Shown: one piece after another, positions 1 through 12,254 of the stretch
Layout: each line of letters starts with the position of its first letter
How positions within the stretch are numbered: the first letter of the stretch is position 1
Origin: Chara braunii
Taxonomy: Eukaryota; Plantae; Charophyceae
Assembly: GCA_003427395.1 (NCBI GenBank)
Contig: BFEA01000025.1
Coordinates: 1,616,888 to 1,680,887 of the forward strand
DNA length: 64,000 nt
Direction of reading: 5' to 3'
Notes under the pieces: model-generated
Told to the model about the DNA's origin: nothing
Database searches by the model: none
Seen by the model: the letters and a program-made list of their open reading frames with translations, nothing else
Position numbers and translations under genes: made by a program

Positions 1-106
1 TCTCCGCAAAACCGTCCACATTCAGGCGTTGAGGTGGGTCTACGCCGGAGTCACAAAAAAGAGTTTCAAATTGCACTTCCGGACAGGTAGGGTTGCGTGG
101 GCCCCC

Positions 107-204
107 GGGGCCAAGTCCCACTAGCAACGTTGAGGTACCTCAACGCCTGAATCTGGACGTGTTTGTGGAGACGTGCAGTTCTGGAAACTCAACACCATTT
201 ATTA

Positions 205-268
<64 letters not shown>

Positions 269-323
269 TTTTACAGATTCAGGCGTTGAGGTAGCTCAAC
301 GCTGCTAGTGGGACTTGGGCCCC
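107..323. mobile_element. MITE-like foldback element with ~49-bp terminal inverted repeats and internal (TAT)n
   Basis: ggggccaagtcccactagcaacgttgaggtacctcaacgcctgaatctg (107-155) is nearly the reverse complement of cagattcaggcgttgaggtagctcaacgctgctagtgggacttgggcccc (273-323). Confidence 0.7.
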
Positions 324-609
324 GTGGGGTGGGGTGTGTTGTGTTTGGGGGAATGCCCGAAGGTCAATTTGAAACTGTTCTTGGGACTCTAGTGAAGTTG
401 GGCCAGAGTCACACTAGCACTTTCCAAGACGTGCATGAATCGGACAGCTTTGTAGAAAAAAGTCCTCGTGTGACTATATGCCCTTAACCCCTTTTTCTTT
501 TTTTTACTGTCATGTCATGCTGAGTAAACTCCCCTCCCGAGTCCCGATGGTGGAAATCCGGATCCAGATCTCCGGTACATGATTTGTTCAGTTCCGAGAT
601 TGGATCCGT

Positions 610-796
610 CAAAAGCCGTAGCAACACTCGACTCTCCCATCTGGACTATCATGTATCTTCCTCGAAATGTGGAAAGATACACCCGCCATAGCTGTTGCCT
701 GATCCAAAAGCCGTAGCAACACTCGACCTCTCCCATCTGGACTATCATGTATCTTCCTCGAAATGTGGAAAGATACACCCGCCATAGCTGTTGCCT
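610..796. repeat. Tandem duplication, ~95-bp unit x2
   Basis: caaaagccgtagcaacactcgac...ccatagctgttgcct occurs at 610 and again at 705. Confidence 0.9.
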
Positions 797-820
797 TTTC
801 TACACTGGATCCCTGAACTG

Positions 821-1010
821 CCATTTCGTCAAAATGAACATCTTTTATTGGCCCAAAACCGTCTCAAGCTAGGTCCATGTACAGCCAGGGGGTCCAGCGT
901 TTGTAAAACGCTGGACCCTCAGGAACAGCAAATTTTGACGACTCTTGGGCCAAAAAACTCGGTTTCAATTTCGTTCAAAAAATGAAAAAATGTCCATTTT
1001 GACGAAATGG
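821..1010. mobile_element. Small foldback/MITE-like element with nested inverted repeats
   Basis: ccatttcgtcaaaatgaaca (821) pairs with tgtccattttgacgaaatgg (991); inner ttggcccaa/ttgggccaa; central gggtccagcgttt/aaacgctggaccc. Confidence 0.6.
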
Positions 1011-1096
1011 TCCGGCGAGTGCCATACTCTCTCTCGGCGAGCCACTGGTAGTGTACTGTTTTGTAGTTTTCAGTACTGCACTGTACCGTAGGGTAG

Positions 1097-1147
<51 letters not shown>

Positions 1148-1156
1148 CTTTTTTTT

Positions 1157-1217
<61 letters not shown>

Positions 1218-1298
1218 CCCGATGGACCACGGATCAGATATTGAACTGATCACAACTGATACTGCACTTGATCTTAGCCAAAAGACCGAGAAAGGTAT
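1218..1298 (-). ncRNA. U2: U2 snRNA 5' fragment (nt 1-81), truncated pseudogene followed by poly(A)
   Basis: Minus strand reads ATACCTTTCTCGGTCTTTTGGCTAAGATCAAGTGCAGTATCAGTTGTGATCAGTTCAATATCTGATCCGTGGTCCATCGGG, matching the plant U2 5' end; then an A-tract (T-run 1141-1217); no Sm site. Confidence 0.92.
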
Positions 1299-1325
1299 TG
1301 GCAATGCTACCCACTTTCGACCCTC

Positions 1326-1330
1326 ATATA
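1326..1330 (-). promoter_or_regulatory. Possible TATA element at about -30 of the U2 copy
   Basis: TATAT lies at -28 to -32 relative to U2 nt 1 (1298), the position expected in plant snRNA promoters. Confidence 0.35.
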
Positions 1331-1439
1331 TGCAGATTCAAGGGCCGGCGATGGTCGACCCTTTCCTTCCCCTCCCCCCCCCCCCCCCCCCCCACACACA
1401 CACAACTTGTTCACTATTTTTTTATTATTATTATTATTT

Positions 1440-1590
1440 TTTATTTTTTATGAACATCCTCAGAAGACCTACGGCCTGGTGGTGGTAAGAGAAGCAGCCA
1501 GGTCCAAGCTTTCTTTTTAAGTTTCTAGTGGATCACTCCTTTCCATTGCTGGGAAGCTGCACCTGCTGGAAAACGGGTCCAGCGTCCCAA
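1440..1590 (-). mobile_element. LINE/SINE 3' tail fragment
   Basis: Shares gggaagctgcacctgctggaaaacgggtccagcgtccc and a TAAGAG-loop hairpin with the LINE 3' ends at 52440-52580 and 60172-60300. Confidence 0.65.
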
Positions 1591-1695
1591 TATTCAAACA
1601 ATATTGAAAACAAGATTCAAAACAATATTCAAAACAATATTCAAAATAATATTGAAAACAATATTCAAAACAATATTCAAAACAATATTCAAAAC
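1589..1695. repeat. 12-bp minisatellite (aatattcaaaac)n, about 8-9 copies
   Basis: Directly visible tandem array. Confidence 0.9.
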
Positions 1696-1992
1696 CGCCA
1701 TTGAAACCTCCGGGAGCATTACCCAGCTTAGACTGAATAACATTCAGGGGTGGAGTCCCAGTAGGAGAACCTCTCAGTCTGATACCGCTGCCTGAAGATA
1801 CGGTGGAGCACTGGCCCCCTGCAGAGGGGGGGGGGAGGGGGGGGGGCGGGGTGACTCTTCCTAAATCTTACTACCCTCTTTGTGGCAGGTAAGATTAGAC
1901 TAAGTCTAGTACGTGAGGGCGTCTTCCACCTCATCTATAAGAAACCGTGAGGAGATTAGACGGCCTTGAGATATGATCATCAAAGTGATCAA

Positions 1993-2390
1993 ACTGACCG
2001 GCCCTACTAGTAGGTAATTCAAGATTGCCGTATTTTTTAAAACTATTTTAGTCATTTGACTTCAGTGGAGTTCCAACTCTGGGCTCAGTGGCTGTATTTC
2101 AACAGTCAGTTCAGGGGTGTACACACCACTGAGCTAGTAGGCCAGTTGGCCGCTTTTTCTTTTTAATCAGGGTGATCCAGGCCTCCTTGTCGATTTTTTT
2201 AAATATTTTTTTAATTAAATGTATTTATTTATTTTTTGCCCTTCAGATATATCATGGAACTGACCGGCGCTACCGTAGGTGATTCCGAGTTGTAGTATTA
2301 AGCTCATCTGGTCGCCAGCGCCAGTGGAGTTCGAACTCAGGTCAGACTCTGTATTTCAATTTTCAATAGCTCACTGGTGTGGCCAGTTGG
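1993..2390 (-). mobile_element. Two diverged tRNA-derived SINE-like copies (~1993-2143 and ~2259-2390)
   Basis: Minus strand has A-box-like TAGCTCAGTGG (first copy) and B-box-like GAGTT(C/G)GAACTCC; both copies end ...ACCTAC..GTAG.GCCGGTCAGTT. Confidence 0.5.
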
Positions 2391-2525
2391 TAATCTGCGT
2401 GATCCTGGGACCAACTCCCACTTACAGTGATCCTTGATTTCTGGTCGTTGATCTTCCAAATCGGCGGTCAGAAATCGATTATTCGGGTAAGTGGGACTTG
2501 GCCCCCGGTAAGCTAAACTCGATTC

Positions 2526-2556
<31 letters not shown>

Positions 2557-2626
2557 CTCGATCCATAAGCCGCGGCGGGCGCATAGCTACCGTCTTCCCT
2601 CGAACACAAGAAACCGTCACCATGAC

Positions 2627-2741
2627 TGTGTGTATCGGACTGGAAATGGAGCTTGTATACACGCATGATCAGGGTGCCTTGTGCTGATTGTGTGTATCCG
2701 ACTGGAAATGGAGCTTGTATACACGCATGATCAGGGTGCCT
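2627..2741. repeat. Tandem duplication, ~62-bp period
   Basis: tgtgtgtatc(g/c)gactggaaatggagcttgtatacacgcatgatcagggtgcct occurs twice. Confidence 0.9.
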
Positions 2742-3019
2742 GGTGCTCGGGGGAAGACGGTAGAACAACGATAAGCTCACATGTCAAGCAACTACTTGCA
2801 AGCCGCCGAAACGATTATTTATTTATTTATCTTTAAGACGTCGATATGAAGACAATCATTTGCCTCAGGTGTAATGCTTCCTGGTGCGTGAGGCTCAGAG
2901 GGGCCCTTTGGACCGGAAATGTGGTGGTCCCACCTGCTGCTGGCACTCTCTTCCTTTCCCGCCCAGTGCCCACCGATCATGTTAATCTACGGTGAGAGTC
3001 GAAAGGAACCTCCTGGCCG

Positions 3020-3177
3020 AGGTCCCACTAGCAAAGAGGATCGGATCGAATGCCTGAATCTGGACGTATTTTATGCAGAGATGCAGAAAAGCAGTTCAAT
3101 CTCGATTTCCTGCACATCTCCACGACCTGATCCAGATTCAGGCATTCGATCCGATCCTCTTTGCTGGTAGTGGGGCC
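3020..3177. mobile_element. MITE-like foldback element related to the 107-323 element
   Basis: cccactagcaaagaggatcggatcgaatgcctgaatctgga pairs with tccagattcaggcattcgatccgatcctctttgct..tagtggg; a half copy sits at 4260-4325. Confidence 0.7.
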
Positions 3178-4477
3178 ACGCCCCTGGAGCCGGAAAAAGA
3201 AACGAAGGGAAAAAAAAAAAAAAAAAAAGGACCCTCGGTGCGTGTGTGGGACCGATTAACATATCTATAATGTCAAGCTAGACGTGAAAAAAAAAAAAAA
3301 AAAAAAAGGGTTACAGTCGTAGATTTAAGGTCGTAAATAGCTTGGCGCCCTGTTATATTTGATTCAGGGCCTTAAATCTACGAAATCTACGAATGGGGCC
3401 GTCCTCCTCGCTAATGTCTATTTTTTCTCTAATTTATAAAATAAAGCCAGTGCTTTTGTCTAATTTCATCGCCTAGGACTTCCCTTTCTAAAAATAATAC
3501 AAATGGCGCTCCGAGCAGAGTCTCCAAGGCAGGAGGGAAAAACAAAAAGGAAAAAAAAAAACAAAAAAAAACAGAGAGATCTTCAGAAAAGGCGGCGTCT
3601 TCCCTGCAGCTGCTTACGTGGACGTGAAATTCGAAAAATGTGCGGTTGTACTCCGCTGTTGTGTTTAGGAAATTGAATTGCAATTGACGACGAATTTCCC
3701 AAAAAAAAAAAAGAACTAAATCGAGAATGTGGTCTGTTTTTTTAAATACACTTGAAATTTCAAAAAAACAAAAACAAAAAAAAGGTCTGTGCAGAATCAG
3801 GTCGTTGGATCGTGATATCCCGCCGCTAGTGGCGCTAAGAAGGTTTTGGGTTGATTTAAAAAAAAAAAAAANNNNNNNNNNNNNNNNNNNNNNNNNNNNN
3901 NNNNNNNNNNNNNNNNNNNNNNNNNNNNNNNNNNNNNNNNNNNNNNNNNNNNNNNNNNNNNNNNNNAAAAAAAAAAAAAAAAAGAAAAAAAAAAAGAAAA
4001 AAAGAAAGAAAGAAAGAAAGAACGATTAGTTGAGATTAATTACGAAGGGATTGGTCCCACCTGCCCCCATCTTTCATTTTTGGCCAGAGATTTAACGAAG
4101 ATCGACGGCCAAGAATGAATGATCCTAGAAATGTGGTTCCCAGTCTGCGCACACGCATGGATTATGCTGCTTTTTTTTTTTTTTTTCGTTAATTCGTAAT
4201 CAAAATTGTAATTGGACAATGCTTATTGCCTACTCGTGGATTTCTTGATCGGGGCGAGGGCCCACGAGCAAAGAGGATCGGATTAAGCGGCTGAATCTGG
4301 ATGCGTTTTATGCAGAGATGCAGAGAAGCTTTTCTACACCTCTCGACAAACACGTCCAAAGTCACGTGTGAAATCCAATTCTCTTATTTTCCTTTTTTTT
4401 CCCCAGATGTCCCGAAGGACCATGACCTCATTGGGCGGGGTTGTTTGTGGGGGGTGTGGAGGGAACACCTCGTCAAT

Positions 4478-4526
<49 letters not shown>

Positions 4527-4834
4527 CTACACCGAAGTCACAAAAACAACTTATAATCCCAGTATGGACCAAGATATAGTTTGCAATTGCAGTCAGGGTG
4601 CCCGAAGTGCAATATGCAAACTGTATCTATCTTGCCCCATAGTGCAGTTATAACCCCTTTTTGGGAATCCCGCGTAGTTAACGCCCCCCCCAAAAAAGAC
4701 CCCGTTGGGCGGGTTGGTAGTTTGATTTCCCCCAAAAGTTCCTACTTGCTATTTATAGGTTAATTTTTCACTTAAGCAAAACCTCCGCTTAGCACGGGGA
4801 AGCCAGCAAATCCTTCCCCCCCCCCCACCCCCCC

Positions 4835-4872
<38 letters not shown>

Positions 4873-5171
4873 GCAGCAATACGGAAAATCGCCCGTTCCG
4901 ATCACACGGCGGACTTGGGTTCTTTATGGAATCTTGCCAGCGCACATACCGCGGGCCGTAATGAGACCTCATGGCACTCAAAGGTTAGGTTTGGTTTAGG
5001 GTTCTTTTTTTTTTCTTTTTTTCTTTTTTTTTAAGTTTGGTTTAGGGTCTAGTTTGGATTCTTTGGAACTTTACAGAGCCTACAGGAGTTAGCAAGGGCC
5101 CTGCTACGAAAATGGTGCACCCATCAAAGGTTGACATTCACACGAGAGTACCAACGGGCCTTAGCTAACTG

Positions 5172-5235
5172 AGGCCAGTTCAGTTGGTACACCCATGAGC
5201 TGATGAATAGAGACCGGGCCCATGTTCGAATCCAG
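5172..5235 (+). mobile_element. tRNA-like SINE head
   Basis: ggccagttcagttggtacaccc...cccatgttcgaatcc has A/B-box-like motifs and resembles the 2065-2143 copy. Confidence 0.4.
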
Positions 5236-6535
5236 AATCAATGAGATGAACAGAACAGAATAATTCCTGTTGTTTTGTTTTGTTTTAAAACAGGCCCAGT
5301 GCCCAAGGCAAGAATGTAATGAAAACAAGTTCAAATTCCGGGGCCGCTTGGTCTCGAACTGCACCCAGCAAGCAGAGCCGGTCCCCGGTGAGCAAAAAAG
5401 TGTTATGGGAGCCATTCTACAAATGTATTCTAAGAAAATGTAAATTACTTAAAAGACCAAAACCCCCAAAAAAAAGAAAAAAAAAAAAAGAAAAGAAAAA
5501 AGGCATTCAAATAGAATGAAAAAAGGAGCCAAAGCGAAAATCTCCAGTACAGGCATCTACTGTAGCCAAAGATGAGCAAGAGGCCCAATGTTTTCTGAAC
5601 CTCTGAACACCANNNNNNNNNNNNNNNNNNNNNNNNNNNNNNNNNNNNNNNNNNNNNNNNNNNNNNNNNNNNNNNNNNNNNNNNNNNNNNNNNNNNNNNN
5701 NNNNNNNNNNNNNNNNNNNNNNNNNNNNNNNNNNNNNNNNNNNNNNNNNNNNNNNNNNNNNNNNNNNNNNNNNNNNNNNNNNNNNNNNNNNNNNNNNNNN
5801 NNNNNNNNNNNNNNNNNNNNNNNNNNNNNNNNNNNNNNNNNNNNNNNNNNNNNNNNNNNNNNNNNNNNNNNNNNNNNNNNNNNNNNNNNNNNNNNNNNNN
5901 NNNNNNNNNNNNNNNNNNNNNNNNNNNNNNNNNNNNNNNNNNNNNNNNNNNNNNNNNNNNNNNNNNNNNNNNNNNNNNNNNNNNNNNNNNNNNNNNNNNN
6001 NNNNNNNNNNNNNNNNNNNNNNNNNNNNNNNNNNNNNNNNNNNNNNNNNNNNNNNNNNNNNNNNNNNNNNNNNNNNNNNNNNNNNNNNNNNNNNNNNNNN
6101 NNNNNNNNNNNNNNNNNNNNNNNNNNNNNNNNNNNNNNNNNNNNNNNNNNNNNNNNNNNNNNNNNNNNNNNNNNNNNNNNNNNNNNNNNNNNNNNNNNNN
6201 NNNNNNNNNNNNNNNNNNNNNNNNNNNNNNNNNNNNNNNNNNNNNNNNNNNNNNNNNNNNNNNNNNNNNNNNNNNNNNNNNNNNNNNNNNNNNNNNNNNN
6301 NNNNNNNNNNNNNNNNNNNNNNNNNNNNNNNNNNNNNNNNNNNNNNNNNNNNNNNNNNNNNNNNNNNNNNNNNNNNNNNNNNNNNNNNNNNNNNNNNNNN
6401 NNNNNNNNNNNNNNNNNNNNNNNNNNNNNNNNNNNNNNNNNNNNNNNNNNNNNNNNNNNNNNNNNNNNNNNNNNNNNNNNNNNNNNNNNNNNNNNNNNNN
6501 NNNNNNNNNNNNNNNNNNNNNNNNNNNNNNNNNNN

Positions 6536-6616
<81 letters not shown>

Positions 6617-7205
6617 GCGCGCGCGCGTCTTTTACACAAGGACCTAGCTCCCACAAAGTTGAGTCTTGCACCTTTGAAGCTCCTCCGTTCGCGATCTTGT
6701 ATGTTATCCTTGCTCTCCTCTCTTTGCGTTTCAAAGTGTTCCATGGGAAGGACGCGTTCAGCGTTCTTCGGTTCAGAAGTGTTCGACTTGTTTCTGATGT
6801 CGCTTCAATGCTCCCACCTGTCTGTCGTTCTGCTCCGCAGCTCCTGTTTGAAAACCCCGTGCTCCCTGCCTCCCCTCCTCAGAGGGCCTGCCCACTCCCT
6901 CTTCTCAGCCCTGGACAAGCTTAGTGTCTCTGTTGCTCGAGCTATCCTGTGTAGCTCGACCACTGCAAGACCCCCCTTCCCCGTGCTGCGCGCTCCGAGG
7001 CATGGTGGATAAACTCCGCGCGGCTATGCACGCGGCACGGCCGCATGGCTATGGCTAAACCTAAAGACCGCCGCTCGCGTCAGGGGAGCAGAGTGCTACA
7101 GCGCTGGCTTCCCGCTTCGTCCCCATCCCTCCTGTCCCCTCCTTTTACTACGGTCATTATCGCTGTATCAAAAGAGACCAACGTGGCATGTTTTGAAACT
7201 CTTAA

Positions 7206-7445
7206 GGCACAAAAAACTCGCGTAGGCAAAGAAAGCATGTGCGAACTCAAAATGAGAGATTTCGGTCCAAAAGTATGAAGTTTAAGTATCCGTTGGGCAT
7301 TTTTTTTATTTTTTTTTGTTTTCCCCTCTGACACCACAACCGACCCCTGTAAATATGACACCCAGTCTGACACCACGGCCGTCGGTACTTCCATTGCCTT
7401 TTCCAACTCGGCGCGGTTTTCTTTGCCGACGCGTGTTTTTTTTGC
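7206..7445. mobile_element. MITE-like inverted-repeat element
   Basis: gcacaaaaaactcgcgtaggcaaagaaa pairs imperfectly with tttctttgccgacgcgtgttttttttgc. Confidence 0.5.
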
Positions 7446-8001
7446 CCATTCTATACTCGAAGATGACATGAACGTACTTACTTCGCTAATGGAACCTTGC
7501 TCATGGAACCTTGCCCCGCTTCGCTAGTGGGACCTTGCTCCAGCAGCCCGGATGGAGGATCTGCAACACTTTCTGCTGCACTGTGATATTTCTTGGCCTT
7601 TTCGGGACTTTTTGGGACTGGTGGAGACCATCGAACGTGCAAGTCGCAGCTTATATTATAAAAGTAATTGAATGAGGCTGGGAATCCCTCAACATCTCAA
7701 ACCGGTAGTGAAGCTTGCGCTGGAAACCGGGTCCAGCATCCCATGGTCTGCAACTCGAAAGAAAGAAAGAAACTGAACCAAAAAAATTAGGAAACGGAAA
7801 CAGAAATAAAGGGAGCAAAACAGCCACAAACTACTGAAGAATTCCTATTCCGGGGAGCTGCACCTGTTGGGAACCTGGCCCGAAGTCCCATAACAAGGAG
7901 GCCGGGGTCCTCACATGCTCCCCGGGGCAAAACACAGATAGGGGGAGCATTGCCCGGCTTCGCTTTTTAAAAAAAATTGAAACAAAGGCGGACGCGGCAT
8001 G

Positions 8002-9052
8002 TGTGAGGATTGAGCCCTCAAGTAGGGGCCTTGCCATGATGTACATGTTCTGGGCTAAGGCCCCAGCAAGCCTAGTGCCCGCCCTAAGTGAAGGCGGGCC
8101 AGCAAATCGACAAGAGCCCTCTGTGCCAACATTTCACGAAGTGGGGTCTATACAGTTGCAGCACGCCAGTTGGTTGGAGTCACCGAGTCTCGGATTTCAG
8201 CAAATGCTGAAATGCCCAGGGCCTCTGAGTTAGTTAGGCCCTGTGCACTCGAACGTGAGGCCGACAATGCATGTTGGGTGTAGAGGCCGAAAATGCCAAA
8301 GGGAAATCGGCCCACTGTCTGAATCTGGCCGCAGGCCTTGATGAAGGAGGCGCAACTGCATTGCCCCGGGGCCCAACTGTATCGAGTTGGCTTCAGCCTC
8401 TGGGCCCTGGTCACAGGCTGAAGGGAGGCCGCCCACACGCTGCACTAGCATATAGGCAAGCAGGGCGAGGCAGCGGGGATCTTGGCCAATGCTGGCATAT
8501 GCGGGCACTCTGTGCAGATACAAGTGTGCAGCACTATGCAGAGCAGCGCTGCGCTAAGACAGGGCAGGCCAGCGCTAGGCGGTAGGGCGCTGCCTGCGTG
8601 CAGGGCACTGGCGGCCATAGCCGGGCCGCATGAGGGTGCAGGGGAGGTGAGGGCGAAGGTGGTACTTCGGAGGTGAAGGGCGCTGTGTGGGTAACAAGGG
8701 AGAGTGTGGGGAAGAGGACACGTACCTGGTGATGGTGGAGATCTGCATTGGTGTTGACATCATTACTCGCTGGTAGTCAAGTTGTCTAGTTGCTGTTCAT
8801 TGCTGTAGTTGTAGGATAGGCTGTAGAGTAGATAGGGTGCCTGGCGCCATTCACAAGAGAGAGCTACATTTGGGTTATGCTGTTGGTGTTGCCCTGGTGG
8901 GAATGGACATTGACTCACGATTCTTCTGTATCATTCTCAATGGGATGGTTACTCGGTTCCATGTGCTATCTGCTTTGGCTTTGAATACTTGGACTTNAGT
9001 GTGATTTTGCATTCTGGATTTCTGTGCTTCGTCNATANTCATGTTCCTTGCA
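8002..9052 (+). repeat. 5' LTR of element 1
   Basis: TG...CA ends; followed after 3 nt by TGGTATCGGAGC. Confidence 0.85.
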
Positions 9053-9055
9053 ATT

Positions 9056-9067
9056 TGGTATCGGAGC
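9056..9067 (+). promoter_or_regulatory. Primer-binding site (tRNA-iMet type)
   Basis: TGGTATCGGAGC versus the canonical TGGTATCAGAGC. Confidence 0.85.
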
Positions 9068-10351
9068 TGGTTTGATCGCCACTTACCTTTGGCACGCTGG
9101 CGTTATACAGACTTGGTGCGTTGATGATGCTTCTTCGCAGTGGGTACTTGTAACGTCAGGCTACACTAGGTGCACNCCCTGGGTAGAGAGGGGTGCACCG
9201 GAAGGCTATTGACGGCATTATTAGCCGTGGGATACAGCGGAATGTTTGATTGGTGATGAGAGCATGCTGATGTGGCATTGGACTAAGGTGGCACTGCATT
9301 GCGTTGTGGGTGGTACCGAGGTCATGACCGGTCATCAGATGCAACATCAGCTCAATCGGTGAGAAATCTGTGGTTGGGGGCAGCTATCTCCAGGTACGTT
9401 GTTCCCTTACCTTATCTACTCTCTCAATCTCTTCTTACCGTGAGGAAGTGAGTCCAACTTGAGAGTCCTCTCTTTTGGTGAGGCATCGTGAGCACGCTAC
9501 CTTGAGAGACGACAATCTTCCCGGAAGCATACTGGAAGGAGAAAGGGTGGTGCCTCTGAAGGGCCCTGGTCGAAGCACTTGGGTCACGGTCACCATGCCA
9601 ACCCACAGGGAGTAGTACACGCATGTGATGGCTGCTGTCTTGTTTGGCACTTGCTGCGCTGATAGAAGTTCCTCCGGGTGTGCCAGCCCATGACAGACGC
9701 TCACCAGACCGTCTATAAATATTTCTGGTTGGGAGTTCATTGTGAATCTGGCTGTGATCATCGTCCTGACTGCGACGTTAAATAATTCCTGAAGAGATGG
9801 GGGCGCTCTATAAATCCTTCATGATCAGCCAGATCACATGGACAGGAAGGCTCGTCGCCGTACGAGGGTAAATAAGAGTGGTTGGGCTGGCTTGCTCGGT
9901 GACAACTTGGGCAGAGGGGTGGGCCGATTCATACACGAAGACACTGCTCGCTCAAAGATGCTATTCGGTATGTTGGATGGAAGGGAGTGTAGGTTCTAAT
10001 TGGTGCTCAACTGTATACACAACCATACCCATCAATCATACATCTGCTACATTGTCTTTTTGTACCTTTGATTAGTTGGTTGACGGACTGCTAACTTCAC
10101 AGACAGAATTAGTGTAGGACTGTAGTATGCTACCATAGCCAGTTCTAACTAATGTTGCTGTAAGTGAACCATTCAGGTTGCATCTAGACTATGTAGACAA
10201 TCTGTGCGAATGTTGTAGACATGCCACTTGATTCGGTATAGTAGGATACTCGCCGGACACAACTATTGTTAGAAAATTAGGTGCCGGTCAGATACATGCT
10301 GTGGTAGGATTCCACTAGGGGATTCTAGTCCAGAAACTACCTGCCTAACTA

Positions 10352-12216
10352 ATGAGTGGATCAGATCCTGCTGATGATAGAGTTGACAATAGGAAACTTA
10401 CACGTTTGGAAGCATTAAGGGTTCCGCACGTGTTCAGGACCTTGGACGAGGGAGAAGAAAGACGGCTTCGTGCCGAACGTAGAGCCCGTGCTCTAGCAGC
10501 AGGACTACAGGAAGCAAACAGAGTAGCAAGAGAGCGGGCAACAGCAGCCAGAGCAGCAGCAATGGCTAATGGTACCAGCTCTGCTGCGTCATCGTCTGCG
10601 TCCTCGTCAGGGACTTGTGGGCCTCAGTTGGGAATGCCACTAAGTTCCACGAGTTCCTCGGGCACTTCCGGTTCAACAGGGTCTAGACAGTTTTCTAGTC
10701 AAATGGCGGGCTCGCAGTTCAGCCCGTTGACTCCATGTGAGAGGGAGCTCAGAGAGATCCAGCAGGTCGAAAGGCTCCGCCAGCAGTTAGAGGAGGATCT
10801 GAAGAAAGCAACCGATAGAGAAAAAGAGATAAAAAATAGAGCAACCAGACTTGATACGTTAGAGTCTGACAAGGCTGCGTTAGAGGCATTCGACGAATCG
10901 AGTTTGTCTGACACCCTGAAAGTGTTGAGGGACAACATGTTGTCACTGCATGCGCACGTAGACAGCAGGATGGACTTCATGCAAAGCACTTTGGACCAGA
11001 TCCTGGATGCATTGACAAAGCCAGGATTTCGGGCACCAGCTCAATCGCCGTTGCCATTAACGGCGATGTCAGGCCCCTTTGCCGTACAAGCTGACACACA
11101 GCCAAGTGACACATCTGCAGCAGCAGCACAGACTGTTGCATCTCCTTCTTCGGGTCTAGTGGTGATTGCTGCATCACCACAACAACCTGTTCAGCCAACT
11201 GGACAGTCGCAATGTCAATGGTATCCCAAGACCCCAATGAAACCGCCTCTTGCCTTCTCAGGCGAGAGAAAGGACGAAAAACTCAACACATGGTTGAGGA
11301 CAATCCCGGTTTGGGTGAAGGCCAAAAGGACCTTGCGTGAGGATGAAGCGGTAACTGCAGCGTCTTACCTAGAGGGTAAGGCAGCCAAATGGTTAGATGG
11401 AGTAGTTGCGAAGGCCGGGTACGGGCAATGCATGGCGGATTGGGCTAAGTTCTTGACTTTAGACCAATTCATGGAGATGGTAGAAGCTCGATGGCATAAC
11501 CCACAGGAGGCTCAAAGGGCCACTGATGCCATTAATAAACTGGACCAATGCAAGTTCAGGTCAGTTAGGGAGCTTACGACTACCGTCGAAAGCCTGATCC
11601 TCGTCCCAGGCATTAACTACAGTGACCAGTTCCTCTTAACCACGTTTATTAGATGTCTACCTGAGAACATGAGGAACTTACTAGCCAGTGAGGCACGCAC
11701 TGAGTACCACTCATTTGAGACATTGTCTAGGAAGCCTTAGACTTAGAGGCCACGCTAGGCAATGCTTAACCCACCTCAGGGAATGACTCAAAAAAGAAGA
11801 AGAGTCCTCAGGAGTGGAAGAAGAAAGGGGCGAAGTTGATGATGGTTGAGTCTGATGGGACTCAAACTGAGATTGATGAGCTCTCTGATCTGATGGACTA
11901 CTCAGAGTATGACGGCGAGGAGGTAGCTGAGGGTAGCACCCTTGCCGCGGTAGTAAAGACTAAGGCAGGTGGCCGAGGGAAGGGCCAACCTAGGAGTCAA
12001 GGGAAGGCCGCCTCCAATCAGACCAAACAGTCTGAGTGGGTAAAGGCAGGTCTTGATCGAGACGTGTGGCGTGACCGCCGAATGCGTGGCGCTTGCATCA
12101 ATTGCGGAGAATACGGACACACGCAGTGGAAGTGTCAGAACGCTAAGGTTACGCAAAAGGTTGCTCCAAAAGTAGGGACAACCTATTCCCAGGCTTCTAG
12201 CTCGGGAAACACGTAG
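10352..12216 (+). pseudogene. gag: gag of element 1 (frameshifted), with CCHC zinc knuckle
   Basis: Coiled-coil N-terminus, retrotransposon gag region (AASYLEGKAAKW), CINCGEYGHTQWKC. Confidence 0.9.
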
Positions 12217-12254
12217 GGCCAATGGAAGTAGTAGGGGCTTCTACTTAAGATGAA

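Noticed and set aside
1066-1090. CGGTACAGTGCAGTACTG on the minus strand, loosely like U2 stem-loop IV
   Set aside because: Match is too short, and the Sm site and stem III are missing, so it cannot be supported as the U2 3' half
919-1488. Poly-K, poly-F and (ER)n ORFs
   Set aside because: Translations of homopolymers and dinucleotide repeats
1589-1695. Regular short repeats as a possible CRISPR array
   Set aside because: No unique spacers, eukaryotic context and no cas genes
5172-5235. Possible tRNA gene
   Set aside because: No acceptor or anticodon stem could be formed; treated as a SINE head
5445-7012. Long ORFs spanning N-runs (also near 16.0-17.6, 31.8-32.9, 36.7-37.4, 44.2-44.6 and 62.5-63.6 kb)
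   Set aside because: Artefacts of assembly gaps and microsatellites
9435-9761. Antisense ORF in the long leader of element 1
   Set aside because: Short, no recognisable domain and no second copy to test conservation
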